DNA of 47,565 nt, filler included, from Catajapyx aquilonaris (Eukaryota): the NCBI GenBank assembly GCA_000934665.2. It is 2 parts of 2 records of this genome, joined end to end, with 100 filler letters (N's around TTAATTAATTAA, not from the genome) between each part and the next. Parts side by side here need not be neighbours in the genome. Positions count along the whole stretch, not along the records: positions 1 to 23,722 come from KZ539387.1; positions 23,823 to 47,565 come from JYFJ02005634.1. One strand, given 5' to 3'. Below, piece after piece: positions 12,805-23,941 of this stretch. Numbering within the stretch: the first letter of the stretch is position 1; each line of letters opens with the position of its first letter. The notes beneath the pieces were generated by a model. That model was not told the origin of the DNA. It was given only the letters and a program-made list of their open reading frames with translations, and ran no database searches. The position numbers were made by a program, and so were the translations under genes.

Positions 12805-13092
12805 ATGGGGCATGGTGGCCCAGTGGCTACGCTACTGGCCAGCCAAGCGGGAGGTCCGGGGTTTGAATCCCGTCATCTCTGCTTGGTCGGGTCTTTTCCG
12901 CTTTTCACCCGACATGTCCGGGCCTTATTGCACTCCCTTCTCTGCCCAGGGCCAGGAGAAAAGGTCTGGTATTTAAGAGGGTCAGAAATGACTACAAGCT
13001 GATTAAGAGTGCCCTCCCTTGGGAATCTCCCCCTTCCCCCCTAAAAGGGCTCATGGCCCTATCATGGGGTAATACCAAAAAAAAAAAAAAAA
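12805..13092 (+). mobile_element. tRNA-derived SINE family D with poly(A) tail
   Basis: A box TGGCCCAGTGG, B box GGTTTGAATCC, poly(A) tail, TSD GTGTC(T/A)TAGGT. A 5'-truncated minus copy lies at about 1686-1910. Confidence 0.8.
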
Positions 13093-13175
13093 GTGTCATA
13101 GGTTCTAGCAGATAGTAATTCGTTCTTGATAGTAATAATTACTTAAGGTTAAGGATTATGATTTAACACCCTTAA

Positions 13176-13900
13176 CCCCTTCACCCCCAGCTATACTACC
13201 ATCGCCTAGATTTTCCTTTCTGTTCAACTTACGTGTAGGCCTACTCTGAAGATAAGGACAAGATATTTTACAAATAATAACAGCTATAATATTTACACAT
13301 TCATGCTATGAACGATGTATGTGTTGGAGACAATTTTCCTCCTTTAGAAGTTCCTAAATTCATTTTCAAAAAGATCGCTGTAAAAAAAACTCGAAATTGA
13401 TGTATTACCAGCCAACTGTGAGGCTGATTTAATTATGAAATACGTTAAAGCATGCGGAATATCAACCTTGAGAACCCTGCCAAAAGAAGTTGCTGAAATC
13501 GTGATACATCGAGATAACTAAATAAATTTGTGGATTTACCGAAGTAACAGGAAAGCCGCAGATAAGAAATAATGTATTTCTCTCGAAGTACGACGATTTC
13601 AGCAAATTCATCTGGCATGGTTCTCAAGGTTGATATTCCATATATTTTAACTTATTTTACCATTAAATAAGTTGTACCGTTGGCCGGCAGCACTCAAATT
13701 TCATGTTTTGCAGCAATCTTCTTTCAAATTAATTTCTGGACTTCCAGATGAGGAAAATGGCTTCGAACACATTCATAGTGTTTTCCATGAACGTGTAAGA
13801 AAAGCTGTTATTATTAATTTGTAAAATATCTTGTCCTTCTCTTTAGAGTACACGTAAGTTAAAAACTAGGCGATGGATGGTGTAGCTGGGGAGTAAAGGG
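13176..13900. mobile_element. piggyBac-type foldback MITE just upstream of MFSD8 coding exon 1
   Basis: TTAA TSDs, CCC...GGG ends, and long imperfect inverted arms extending to the centre. Confidence 0.8.
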
Positions 13901-14007
13901 TTAACATTAAAGCAAATCTCGCAAAAGCTATGGTAATAATGGTTGTTGTAATGATCATTGTATCTAATACAACATTGTTTTACAGGTGACCTAAAACAAA
14001 GCTGACA

Positions 14008-14126
14008 ATGGTTGCTGGACATGAATCTGATAATGATGAGATTGGAGATGTGGGTCAGGAGCCACTGCATTACAAGGAGGAGCCAGTGGCAGAACCTATC
14101 AAGAGCAATGTCACCAGCATTAAAAG
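14008..14126 (+). CDS. MFSD8: MFSD8/CLN7 coding exon 1 (MVAGHESD...SIKR)
   Basis: ATG at 14008 follows acceptor ttttacag (13985). Donor AG|GTATGG at 14127 is phase 2 and joins in frame to the next exon. The N-terminus is acidic and contains QEPL. Confidence 0.75.
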
Positions 14127-14236
14127 GTATGGGTTTATGGTGTAAAACAAGGTTATGAAGTGATAGCTTTCCATCATAGCATGGTGTGTCCAGAGGAAGA
14201 CATATTGCAGATCCACGATAACTTGCTCATTTTAAA

Positions 14237-14514
14237 CCCTGGAACAGTGACGTGGTGTCTTTTAGGACCCCAAAGGAATTAAACTGAGTTAAAATGACAA
14301 TTACAATGAACTTTTGCCATTTAAAAAAAGTATATAACAGGAGGGGCATGTTTATTTTGAATTGGCGATCATTTTAGGCATTGTTCAAAGAATGATTGCA
14401 TATAGTCAATACATTGAAAAGTATTATATAAAAATTAATGAAAATTAAACTATGGATGGGGTCCTAAAAGATGTAACGGTTGCCATAACTTTCAGGCACG
14501 TCACGATTCCAGGG
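14237..14514. mobile_element. piggyBac-type MITE in MFSD8 intron 1
   Basis: TIR CCCTGGAA..GTGACGTG; TAAA / TTAA flanks. Confidence 0.7.
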
Positions 14515-14757
14515 TTAAATGGTGTCCCATTAGAATGCATCAAAGCATAATGGAATCATACTTTGCTCACCTATGGTGTTATTGGATAATGTATGAGAGG
14601 AATAAATTTTCACATGGAGAGGATTTCATATAGAGAGATGGACTTTATATACACTGTTTCATGCACTCCGCAGTGATAATTATATAATTCTATAAATCAC
14701 AGGTCTCCTGTCCCTCATGATGAGAACATTATTTCTAATTATTTTTCATTTACTCAG

Positions 14758-14929
14758 ACCAGCACCTGAAGAAGTGGGCCTGCTGAAATCAAACAAGCCA
14801 CAGCTACTGGAAACAAAGCAAGAAAAACGTTCCCGATGGATATCAATACTCATTATTTACTTCTCTGTCTTCCTTCTCTCACTGGGATTTTCACTCATTC
14901 TCACAGGAGTTTGGCCATACCTGAAACTA
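14758..14929 (+). CDS. MFSD8: MFSD8/CLN7 coding exon 2 (TM1)
   Basis: tactcag acceptor and GTAAGT donor. Encodes LETKQEKRSRWISILIIYFSVFLLSLGFSLILTGVWPYL, the characteristic MFSD8 TM1 motif. Confidence 0.93.
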
Positions 14930-15025
14930 GTAAGTTATACACTAGGCAGCTACCTTATAGTATAGCCCCAAGTGGTGGCTGGGAGAATCCCAATGTCTTC
15001 CTGGTTTATTAGAGGAGGTTTACTT

Positions 15026-15394
15026 AATAATAATAATAATAATAATTTGGGTAGTGTGGACCTCCCAACTGAGAGATATTGCGCGGACCTTTCTTTGTTA
15101 TTTTTAGGCCTGTGTACAATGTGTACATATGTATAAGAACCTCGTTTTGAATCGCCTGGGTCCGCAGGCGGGGTGACTGGGAGGGGATGTGCAAGGTGCA
15201 AGTGCAATGTCTCAAACGGCACATTTTGTGAACTCCCCCGGGTAGATTAGTCTGTCGGAGATTCTACCCAAGACGAAGCCAGAGACCACCCAACTCTGCA
15301 CGAGATGAAGGGGCGAGACCCCGGGCTGAGATCAAACTGAGGACCCTTCCATTCGTGGGTGCATACGTTACCGCATTGCCACTCCGCCTCCCCG
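15026..15394 (-). mobile_element. tRNA-derived SINE family B
   Basis: Similar to 20501-20838; (TTA)n tail; 16-bp TSD TAGAGGAGGTT(T/A)ACTT. Confidence 0.8.
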
Positions 15395-15700
15395 TAGAGG
15401 AGGTTAACTTGGTTTCATAGAGCATAGTGGTGTAATGGTTAAGGCCCCAATATTCCACCTCAGTCCTGTATCTGACCCTAGGGTTTGACTGAGAATTTTC
15501 TCATATGGAACAAGTTTTTATGAGTTATTTTCATATTGCAGGTGTTTTCTCAGGATACTGCCATTTCCTCCGACTCCGACAGTCCAAAAATCTCTTCCCA
15601 TGTCACCTTCTGCCATGCATTATTGCTTTAGTCACCTTGGTCCCCCACACAACCAAACCAAACTTAGGAAATGTGGCATCATGTAGAATAATATGAAATA

Positions 15701-15861
15701 CAGTAGACTCCTGATGTAAGAGCCTCAGCTATAAGCAACCCTTGGTTATAGCCAACTTGAAAGGCTGGTCCTGGCATATTTCCAACTGTGGCCTGTGCAT
15801 TTGGATATAGCAATACTGATTGCTGTGGTCTCTAGAATTCTCTTATATCTGGAGTCAACTG
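15701..15861. mobile_element. pogo/Tigger-type MITE
   Basis: TA + CAGTAGACTCC ... GGAGTCAACTG + TA. Confidence 0.65.
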
Positions 15862-16692
15862 TATTACATTATATGTATATGGCGCTTTATAGAAGATCAC
15901 GAATGAAATATTTTAGGACACCCACATTCAAGGTGTAAAAAATGAAGGCATTGTGGGGGTTCAATTCATCCTGCTTTTGTTACACAACTAATGTTCTTGC
16001 TGTAATCCAATTAGCAATTTCAGAGATAAAATTGCTTTGCCATATGAGATATAAAGTGGGGCTGACAGCATATACAGGGGTTGACAAAACAATTGTAACA
16101 CCTGCAAAAAGTGGTTGAAACTTCGTGTCTGTTTTTTTCTTTTGAAAACTTGAAAAGTTACAGAGGTGACTTTTACCAGGTTTTGATGCTCTGTCAGTGT
16201 ACATTTGTGGAGGTATGCAAATGAAGCAAAATCACGAGAGGGGGAGAGAAACAAAAGACGATCGACACCCCCCAAGCCCCACTTATAGCGTTCCAGCCTT
16301 TCATTTGAAAACGAGAACAGTTACCGATATGAACTTTACTGGGTTTTGAAGCTCTGTCGATGTCACTTTGTGTGGTATAGAGATTGACCAAAATTACTGA
16401 CGGGGGGCAGGGGGGAAAATACAAACGACCCCCCCCCTTCCCTGGCACTGCTTGAATGCAAACAATGGAAAATTTTCGTCCCACTACTAGTTAATGCTAA
16501 CTTAGCATTATGGTTAGCCAAATATGGTACTGCTAAGTTAGTAGTAAGGGGTTGTGCAAATACCACGTGACCGATTTTAGGCCACTTTTTGACCCCCCTT
16601 CCCACCAGTGACCGACCGTGGTATATCAGCAGATCCCCTCCCCTCTATACCACACAAAGTGACATCGATAGAGCTTAACCCAGTAGAGTATA

Positions 16693-17491
16693 CAGGGTGT
16701 TTCAGAGTCACGAGTCAAGCGCGCGCGAGGGGGTGGGGAAAAATCATAGGTGGTGACAACCCCGGTCAGTTTTATAAAACAATGAGAAATACGGCAGTAA
16801 TCAATTTAATTATTATGGCCGTACGGCGTGACGTCACATCCTACTTTCTGTTCGAAGTGACTGGCGTGGAGTGGCAAATGCAAGGCAAATACATTGGGTG
16901 GAACCTGGTTGGCGGGTTTTTAGCCTTGCGAGTTGCACTGAAAAAGGCGCTCTCATCACCTTGGCTCTCATGCTATACCAGTAGGGTACTGTACAAAGTA
17001 GTGTACTACTGTACAGTGGTGTGTTCAGTACCCTGCCGGTGTAGCATGAGAGTGCCTTTTTCAGTGCAACCCGCAAGGCTAAAGGCCGGTATCCACGTAC
17101 GAGATTCTCGCATACGAGGAGCCAACTGCTCATGCCCAGATACGAGGAAAGGGGATTAAAGTTGAAAAACTTCAACTTTTTCCCCTTTCCTCGTATCTGG
17201 GCATGAGCAGTTGGCTCCTCGCGGCTCCTCGTATGCGAGAATCTCGTACGTGGATACCGGCCTTAAAAACCCGTCAACCAGGTTCAACCCAATGCATTTG
17301 CCTTGCATTTGCCAGTTCCCGCAAGTCAATTCGAACAGAAAGTAGGATGTGACGTCACGCCGTACGCCTGTAATAAATAAATTGATTACTGCCGTATTTC
17401 TAATTGTTTTATAAAACCGACCCGTGTAGTCGCCACCTACGATTTTTCCCCACCCCCTCGCGCTCTTGACCCGTGACTCTGAAACACCCTG
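16693..17491. mobile_element. Palindromic Tc1/mariner MITE related to the DD41D element
   Basis: TA TSD; TIR CAGGGTGTTTCAGAGTCAC; arms pair to the centre; sister copy at 41760-42359. Confidence 0.9.
17083..17263. mobile_element. PIF/Harbinger-type palindromic MITE
   Basis: TAA TSD; TIR AGGCCGGTATCCACGTACGAG. The empty site AAGGCTAAAAACCCG is seen in the 41760 copy. Confidence 0.9.
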
Positions 17492-17767
17492 TATATCTGT
17501 AACTGTTTAAGTTTTCAAATGAAAAGGGTGGAACGCTAAGGTCAAAAGTTGGGGTTGTGGGTGTGTCGTTCGTCTTTTGTTCCTCCACCCCTCTCGTGAT
17601 GTTTGCTTCATTTGCATACCTCCACAAATGTACATCGACAGAGCTTCAAAATCAGATAAAAGTCACCTCTGTGACTTTGCCCGTTTTCGGAAAAAAAACA
17701 GACGCCAAGTTTCAACCACTTTTTGCAGGTGTTCCTATTATTTTGTCCAACCCCTGTATCTATGAGG

Positions 17768-17899
17768 ATGTTGTTAAACTCAGCGGCTGCGGCTGCGAAA
17801 CAATAGAGTAACAATAAAATAACCATCAGTAATATTGTTATTTTATTGTTACCGGTACTCTTTTTGTTTGGCTGCCGCAACGGCTGAGTTTAACAACGT
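17768..17899. repeat. ~130-bp palindromic element
   Basis: GTTGTTAAACTCAGCGGCTGCGGC ... GCCGCAACGGCTGAGTTTAACAAC. Confidence 0.65.
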
Positions 17900-18106
17900 A
17901 ATCTATGTATACTGTATCTATGTAAAAGATCTGTTGAATTCAGTAGGCCTCATCAAGAAATTAGATGACTCCATTTGTACCATTCCCTTGTCAGAAGTGT
18001 CAATTTCCAAAGTTACAGTCAGTATATGCAAAAGTGTGTCCTTTGAGAACATTTCAGGTGTACTGTACCATATGCATGAATAATATGACTAAATAATTCT
18101 CTTCAG

Positions 18107-18353
18107 GTTGACCCAACAGTGGACAAGACTTTCCTGGGATGGGTGGTTGCAGCAAATCCATTGGGCCAACTCCTTCTCTCTGCCTCAGTAGGATTTGTAA
18201 GCAAATATGTGACATCCATCAGGTGGCCATGCATTATCTGCATGCTCCTTTTTGTGGCTGGAAACATGTGGTACAGCCTCATTGAAGCAATGCACGACTC
18301 TTACCGGAAGTACTGGATGGTTGCCACCAGGTTCATTGTTGGGACCAGCAGTG
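18107..18353 (+). CDS. MFSD8: MFSD8/CLN7 coding exon 3
   Basis: cttcag acceptor and GTGAGT donor. Encodes DPTVDKTFLGWVVAANPLGQ...RFIVGTSS. Confidence 0.95.
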
Positions 18354-18421
18354 GTGAGTGTTGCTGGTTAAATTTTTGCCAAATCTAGAGTGGGCCTATT
18401 AAATATGGGGGAGAGGGACTT

Positions 18422-18648
18422 TATAATTGATATTAGGGAGGTTGGCCCAGCATTGCCTTTCAACCTCCAAGGATAGGGAAGGAAGGAAGCGGCTGTGGCC
18501 TATTATATGGAAGAGACCCCAGAGTTATCCTAGAAAGACCGTGGAAAACCACAGAAAACCACGGTCAGGGTTGCCGGCCCTGGGATTTGAATCCAGGACC
18601 TCCCAATTAGCAGTCGGACGCCTTATCCACTATACCAACCTGCTTCAG
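18422..18648 (-). mobile_element. SINE family C copy in MFSD8 intron 3
   Basis: Same head as 3194-3646; 16-bp TSD TGGGGGAGAGGGACTT. Confidence 0.85.
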
Positions 18649-18999
18649 TGGGGGAGAGGGACTTGGAATAACAAATCAAATAATTGTTCACTGAACACAA
18701 TTTCATACACTTCATTCTTATTTTAACTTAAACTTGAATCAGTATGGGCATTTTTTGAAATGTTATGGAGCTACTTGAATTCAGTCCCCCCTCTCGAATA
18801 GATATTGAAGACCTTGGACTGCATTATTATCATCTTGAGTTTTTGACTACACATTGTCTTTAGAACCATATTTTCTACCACCTCAATTCCAGGTGAAAAG
18901 TGCAGGGAAAGGAACAGGGCTAAATAAGATGCCAGCCCTGATATTATACTTAAAATCCAAGTGTATTGTATATATGCAATAACATTCATGTTGTTGTAG

Positions 19000-19113
19000 C
19001 CATTCTTGTGTCCTGCCGGGCCTATCTATCAGCTGCAACAACCCTTCAGGAGCGGACAACAGCCGTAGCCCTTGTTGCCATGGCACAAGCACTTGGATTT
19101 ATTTTGGGACCAG
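19000..19113 (+). CDS. MFSD8: MFSD8/CLN7 coding exon 4
   Basis: ttgtag acceptor and GTACTT donor. Encodes CRAYLSAATTLQERTTAVALVAMAQALGFILGP. Confidence 0.95.
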
Positions 19114-19349
19114 GTACTTTTAATGTAGCTTTTATCCCTTCAAGCATGTGAAAGTGACACTAGTAAAATTTATTTTAAATGCCCTGGTGTTAACTTAATT
19201 TGACACCCATAACATCCCTAAATTTTGAAGCATCTACCACGTATATGTATTACACAAAAAGACCACTACCTAGAAAAGTTGTAGCGGTTATATGAGATTT
19301 CAGGTTTGGTTCACCACATGTAAAATGTTGCCTTCTTTGCCATATTTAG

Positions 19350-19547
19350 CAATCCAGGCTGCACTGACACCAGTAGGAGAGGAAGGCTGGTCTCTAGGCT
19401 GGGGAGCTACTCTGAACATGTACACAGCTGCCGGCTGGATTGCTGCCTTCCTGGGTCTGCTCAATGCCTTCCTATTTCTTCCCTGCATCTTCCAAGAGTC
19501 AAATGTGGCTGCCAAAGAGGCACAGATGCAATGCTCACAACAGATGG
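19350..19547 (+). CDS. MFSD8: MFSD8/CLN7 coding exon 5
   Basis: tttag acceptor and GTATGT donor. Encodes IQAALTPVGEEG...NMYTAAGWIAAFLGLLN...IFQE. Confidence 0.95.
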
Positions 19548-19888
19548 GTATGTAGATTGTAGGCCCTGCGATGTGAACTGTCCAGCGTCAAATAGCTCAC
19601 TATGTTATTTTGCATACATTAAATAGATTTTACAGTGTAGAGCCATTTATTGCTGAGGTAATGTACAGCTCCAAAGATAAGTGAGATAATGAATTGTGAG
19701 CAGGGAACTGTTCACTTTTTGTGTGCATGTAGAGATTCCTCCCATCTGCAAGAGTGCCAATATATTCTGCTCCAGGGTCTGGGGCAGAGCCATTGCAGCC
19801 TAATAATTTCTCAATGTAAACATGAAGTTTTCAGTCTTATGCTTGTTGAAAATGTACATTGAAACCTGCTTATGGCAGCCCCTGCATA

Positions 19889-20202
19889 TATTTTATTATT
19901 ATTTATTTATCAGAGAATCAGCGCTCCATTCGGGGGGGGGGGGGGGGGGGGNTGAAATACCACCATTTTACCACTCAAATTCTTTCTGAAACTTCACACC
20001 TGGATGGGGCCAAGGATAGGGAAGGAAGGAAGGAAGCGGCTGTGGCCTATTTTACGGGAGCAACCCCGGAATATATTATCCTGGGGTGACCCTGGGAATC
20101 CACAGAAAACCATGGTCAGGATCGCCGGCCCCTGGGAATTGAACCCAGGGCCTCCCAATTAGCAGTCGGACTCCTTAACCACTACACCAACCTGCTTTGG
20201 TT
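19889..20202 (-). mobile_element. SINE family C copy in MFSD8 intron 5
   Basis: Same head; 13-bp TSD CAGCCCCTGCATA. Confidence 0.85.
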
Positions 20203-20367
20203 CAGCCCCTGCATAAAGCTGGAACATGCCTATTGCATAAAATTTCCACAATTCCAGCAGTGAGATAGGATTTCCAGTGAATTTTTGTTGGATACAGCAG
20301 ACCGACTCAGGGACACCAATTCGAAGACATTAATGAGCTATAAATGTGTGTTCTTAATTTATGAGTA

Positions 20368-21052
20368 CAGTGGAGTATCGATTATCCGAAACAATTGGGG
20401 ACTGGGGGTGTTCGGATAACTGCTTTTTCGGATAACGATCATTTACAGAAAAAATTGTACCGGTGTCATAGGAGCAATATGAAACAAAGAAACAGGGATA
20501 ACAGGGGAGGCGAAGTGGCGCAACAGTAACGTTTGTGCCCACGGATGTTAAGGTCCCGGGTTCGATCCCAACCCGGGGACACCCCCTTCATCTCGTGCAG
20601 AGTAAAGTGTCGTCTCTGACTTCGTCTCGGGTGGAATTTCCACAGACTAATCCACCCGGGGGAGCTCACAAAACGACCACATGCGGACAAGGCACTGCAC
20701 TTGCACATCCCCTCCTGTCATCCCTTCCTGCCCGTGGGCCCGGGCGCTGTATAAATAGGATCCATTTGTACTCTGACGATTAATAAAGGTCTGGCAAGAC
20801 CCCAATAGGGGTATGCTTATACCCAATTATTATTATTAAAAGAAACAGGGATATTAAACACAAAACTGTATATTTTGCTGCGAGGTTGGTCACGTAAGGC
20901 GGTTGGCAGGGAGGGGGAAAGCGCTGCAGTGTCACGGCACTAGCAGCCGCTAGCGGAACTACATGGTGCTCAAATTTGAAATTGCCGACTCAAACACTTT
21001 TGGTTAACCGATGTTTCGGTTGATCAGTATTTGGATAATCGATGCTCTACTG
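20368..21052. mobile_element. pogo/Tigger-type MITE
   Basis: TA TSD; TIR CAGT(G/A)GAG(T/C)ATCGATTATCC. Confidence 0.8.
20501..20838 (+). mobile_element. tRNA-derived SINE family B nested in a pogo-type MITE
   Basis: B box GGTTCGATCCC, (TTA)n tail, 15-bp TSD AAAGAAACAGGGATA. Confidence 0.85.
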
Positions 21053-21208
21053 TAGTAGTATTCAGTACAGCAAACACTTGTCTGTTACATAACATTTTCG
21101 TGCAAGAACAATTTTGCAATATACAGGTATCACTGTAATGAGAATATTTTGTCTGCACCATGTTACCAGGTGACTCTTAGAACTGAACTTACTAACATTT
21201 TTTCACAG

Positions 21209-21311
21209 ATGACATTGATGCCTGGAAGCATATAAAACCAGACTATGTCGCTGTTTGCTCGTGTCTGGTTGCCTTCTTCGTGACGTTCTTCACCTTTGTG
21301 CTTCTAGAAAC
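21209..21311 (+). CDS. MFSD8: MFSD8/CLN7 coding exon 6 (not in ORF track)
   Basis: Perfect TACTAAC branch point at 21190-21196, ttttcacag acceptor and GTATGC donor. Encodes KPDYVAVCSCLVAFFVTFFTFVLLET. Confidence 0.92.
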
Positions 21312-21601
21312 GTATGCATATTTTATATTTACTGCCAAAAGGGTTACTTTCCACCTCATCCATCTGCACCCACAAAGATGTAGGTCCTAGCATTGCAGAG
21401 TAAAATGTCCTTCTGAATTGTTTCAAATATTCCAAATGGAGATAAATTATTTGGCATTTAACCACTTCAACTGATAGCATCAAGTAATCTTGTGAGCCCA
21501 TTGAAGGCTGTTACATGCTGAAAATTCAAACAGGTCACCACTCAGTATATTATTTGCATTTGCCATGCCACTACTTATTGTTGAATTTCTACTCTCCCCA
21601 G

Positions 21602-22103
21602 TCTGGGTACCCCATTAACAATGGACCAGTTTGGATGGACAGAGTCTGAGGCCATCTGGTACATGGGAATTCTCATGTCTGTTGGTGCTATTGTCTCATC
21701 AATCTGCTTTGCTGTTATGGGCCCACTGGCCAAACGATTTGATGAAAGGAAATTGCTCCTACTCCTGGGTTTTGTGCCCCTTGCGGTAGCACTCGTCAGC
21801 TTCTTTCCATATGGATCCACCTACCCACCAATCGCAGAGGTGGTAACCATAGCACCAACAGAATTAACCACCATTGAGGATACCACTGCAATGAATGAAG
21901 GAGCCCAAGAGGTGGCTACATTGAGTGAAGAGAGTGAGATGGTTCCAAGGGGCTGTCCCCCAGAGCAAGAGTGGTGCAGATACACCCCAGCACTAACAGT
22001 GCCTCAGCTGATCGTTGGATATGGGCTCACCACCATAGGATATCCTTTTTGCATGGCACTAATTCACACAATTTATTCAAAGGTGCTTGGAGCCATACCA
22101 CAG
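21602..22103 (+). CDS. MFSD8: MFSD8/CLN7 coding exon 7 (gene 3'-incomplete in window)
   Basis: ctccccag acceptor and CAG|GTGAGG donor. Encodes LGTPLTMDQFGW...GCPPEQEWC...IYSKVLGAIPQ. The final two TM helices are not found downstream. Confidence 0.95.
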
Positions 22104-23195
22104 GTGAGGAATAGCAATGAAAAGTGAGATGTACTATCTCGCTCAAAAAGATAGAGAAGGTCCTAGAACTTATTCTAACTGCGCTCTTTCTGCCCTCTGG
22201 CGGTTGCGTGGTTGCTGACAAAACTCTACCTGGCTCAGAAAGAGTCTAGCCATAAGCAGTACCATTGGTCGGTGGACTTGGAGGCCTTGGGGNNNNNNNN
22301 NNNGTGTGTGTTAGTTTGGGGTTGATTGTGAGGTAAATCTGGTAGAAAAAAAAGTGGGGTGCAGGGAGGGGACAGAGTGGACATGTTCTTGGATGCACAG
22401 AATAGCCCAAGACCATGTCCAAGCCAGTCATAACCTCGCATCATATAGACGCGGCGGGGGGGGTGTTATCTCGGCCTTGTAACGCGGAGGACGCAATGCA
22501 ATTTATTCTCCAGGGCCACACGTGGTTATGCTGTGCCATACACACACTCGAAACATCTTACCCTGCTGCCCTAGAGTAAATTAACGTGTAATTAAGACAC
22601 AGTTTATTTCATCACACATTCTGACAACAGTGGCAGAAAGTGAAATTGCCTCCAATGGTAATGGTGCACCATTATACAAAATCCTATTACAATCACAGTC
22701 CCATGCATGTGGTTCAATGGTATTTCTGCAGTTGATTTTGTCTGTAACAGGCTCAGCTATAAGAGATTCTGACTTTCGCACATTCTGCTTTATGAGTTCT
22801 TTTGTCACCAAAAATGCGCATATTCGCCACAACACAAACAAGTCACTTCTAATAATGTATGACCCACATTGGAAATGTTTCCAAGATTTGCACTGTTCTT
22901 TTCTATTATCTCTGTCAATCAGTTTCTCTTCTATAAATCTCATCTGACATACTTTGTGCACTTTCAATCCCGATTCTGCAACAAGGTCATCATTGTTGCG
23001 CAATTTGATAGCATTATTTTGTTAACTCCCACTGCACCTTCCGAGCTGAGAACACATGGTGTCATCTTCTGTAGCTAAGGTCACGAATAATGCAGATCTT
23101 GTTGCTTTCTGACATTTTCTTTTGTTTTGTTCTATTCTTCTTTACTTTCGGAACTGGATCATTTACCGCCAAACCGGAAACATAAATACAATATA

Positions 23196-23580
23196 CAGGG
23201 TGGACCAACTTCAAGTGTCGTTTTATAACGGCTATTAATAGAAGCGCTTTACGATTGACGTAGCAGCGACGTGTAAAATTGCCCACTTCGGCGCCATGGA
23301 AAATATTAGCTGTTTCGTTTGCATGCTTCCCCCTTGCATTACAGGTCCATCTGGTGCGTTGGGCGTCACCCATTTCACCCAGGCGCATCGCAGGTCATGT
23401 GTGCACCTCCTTTTTTCCAGGTCAACCCAGCAGCAGGGTTGATTACACGTGTGCTGCTATTGGCAGCTAATATTTTCTATGACGCCGAAGTGGGACATTT
23501 TACACGTCGCTGTTACGTCATCGCAAAATCACTGCTATTAATCACCGTTATAAAACGACACTTGAAGTTGGTCCACCCTA
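23196..23580. mobile_element. Tc1/mariner MITE with ~110-bp TIRs
   Basis: TA flanks; TIR CAGGGTGGACCAACTTCAAGTGTCGTTTTATAACGG. Confidence 0.85.
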
Positions 23581-23722
23581 TATTTTAATAATAGTTACTT
23601 GTAATAGCTATAATAGCTATTAGCTATTATTACCAACAATTTCTCAATGATAGCGTGACTCTGTATCTCCTAACGTGTCAGGGTGGGGGTTTCTGGCAAC
23701 GCCCCCTTTTGCCCCCCCCCCC

Positions 23723-23822
23723 NNNNNNNNNNNNNNNNNNNNNNNNNNNNNNNNNNNNNNNNNNNNTTAATTAATTAANNNNNNNNNNNNNNNNNNNNNN
23801 NNNNNNNNNNNNNNNNNNNNNN
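23723..23822. other. Artificial contig-joining spacer N44-TTAATTAATTAA-N44
   Basis: Exactly 100 bp and symmetric; the central 12-mer gives stop codons in all six frames. Confidence 0.9.
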
Positions 23823-23941
23823 CCCCCCCGAAAAAAAAAAAAAACCCCTAAAGAGCCGAAAAAGGCTGATAACGGGGTAAGATATTATTATTATTATTAT
23901 TGTATAATGATAAATCTGAATTTTGCTGCATTTATTTTCAG

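Larger units (their letters stand above)
16075..17756. mobile_element. Tc1-type long-TIR MITE (host of a nest)
   Basis: TA TSD; ~250-bp TIRs starting CAGGGGTTG(G)ACAAAA; related fragment at about 4930-5177. Confidence 0.8.

Noticed and set aside
16608..17175. 183-aa and 113-aa ORFs (and 41900-42219 homologues)
   Set aside because: Chance ORFs in palindromic MITEs.
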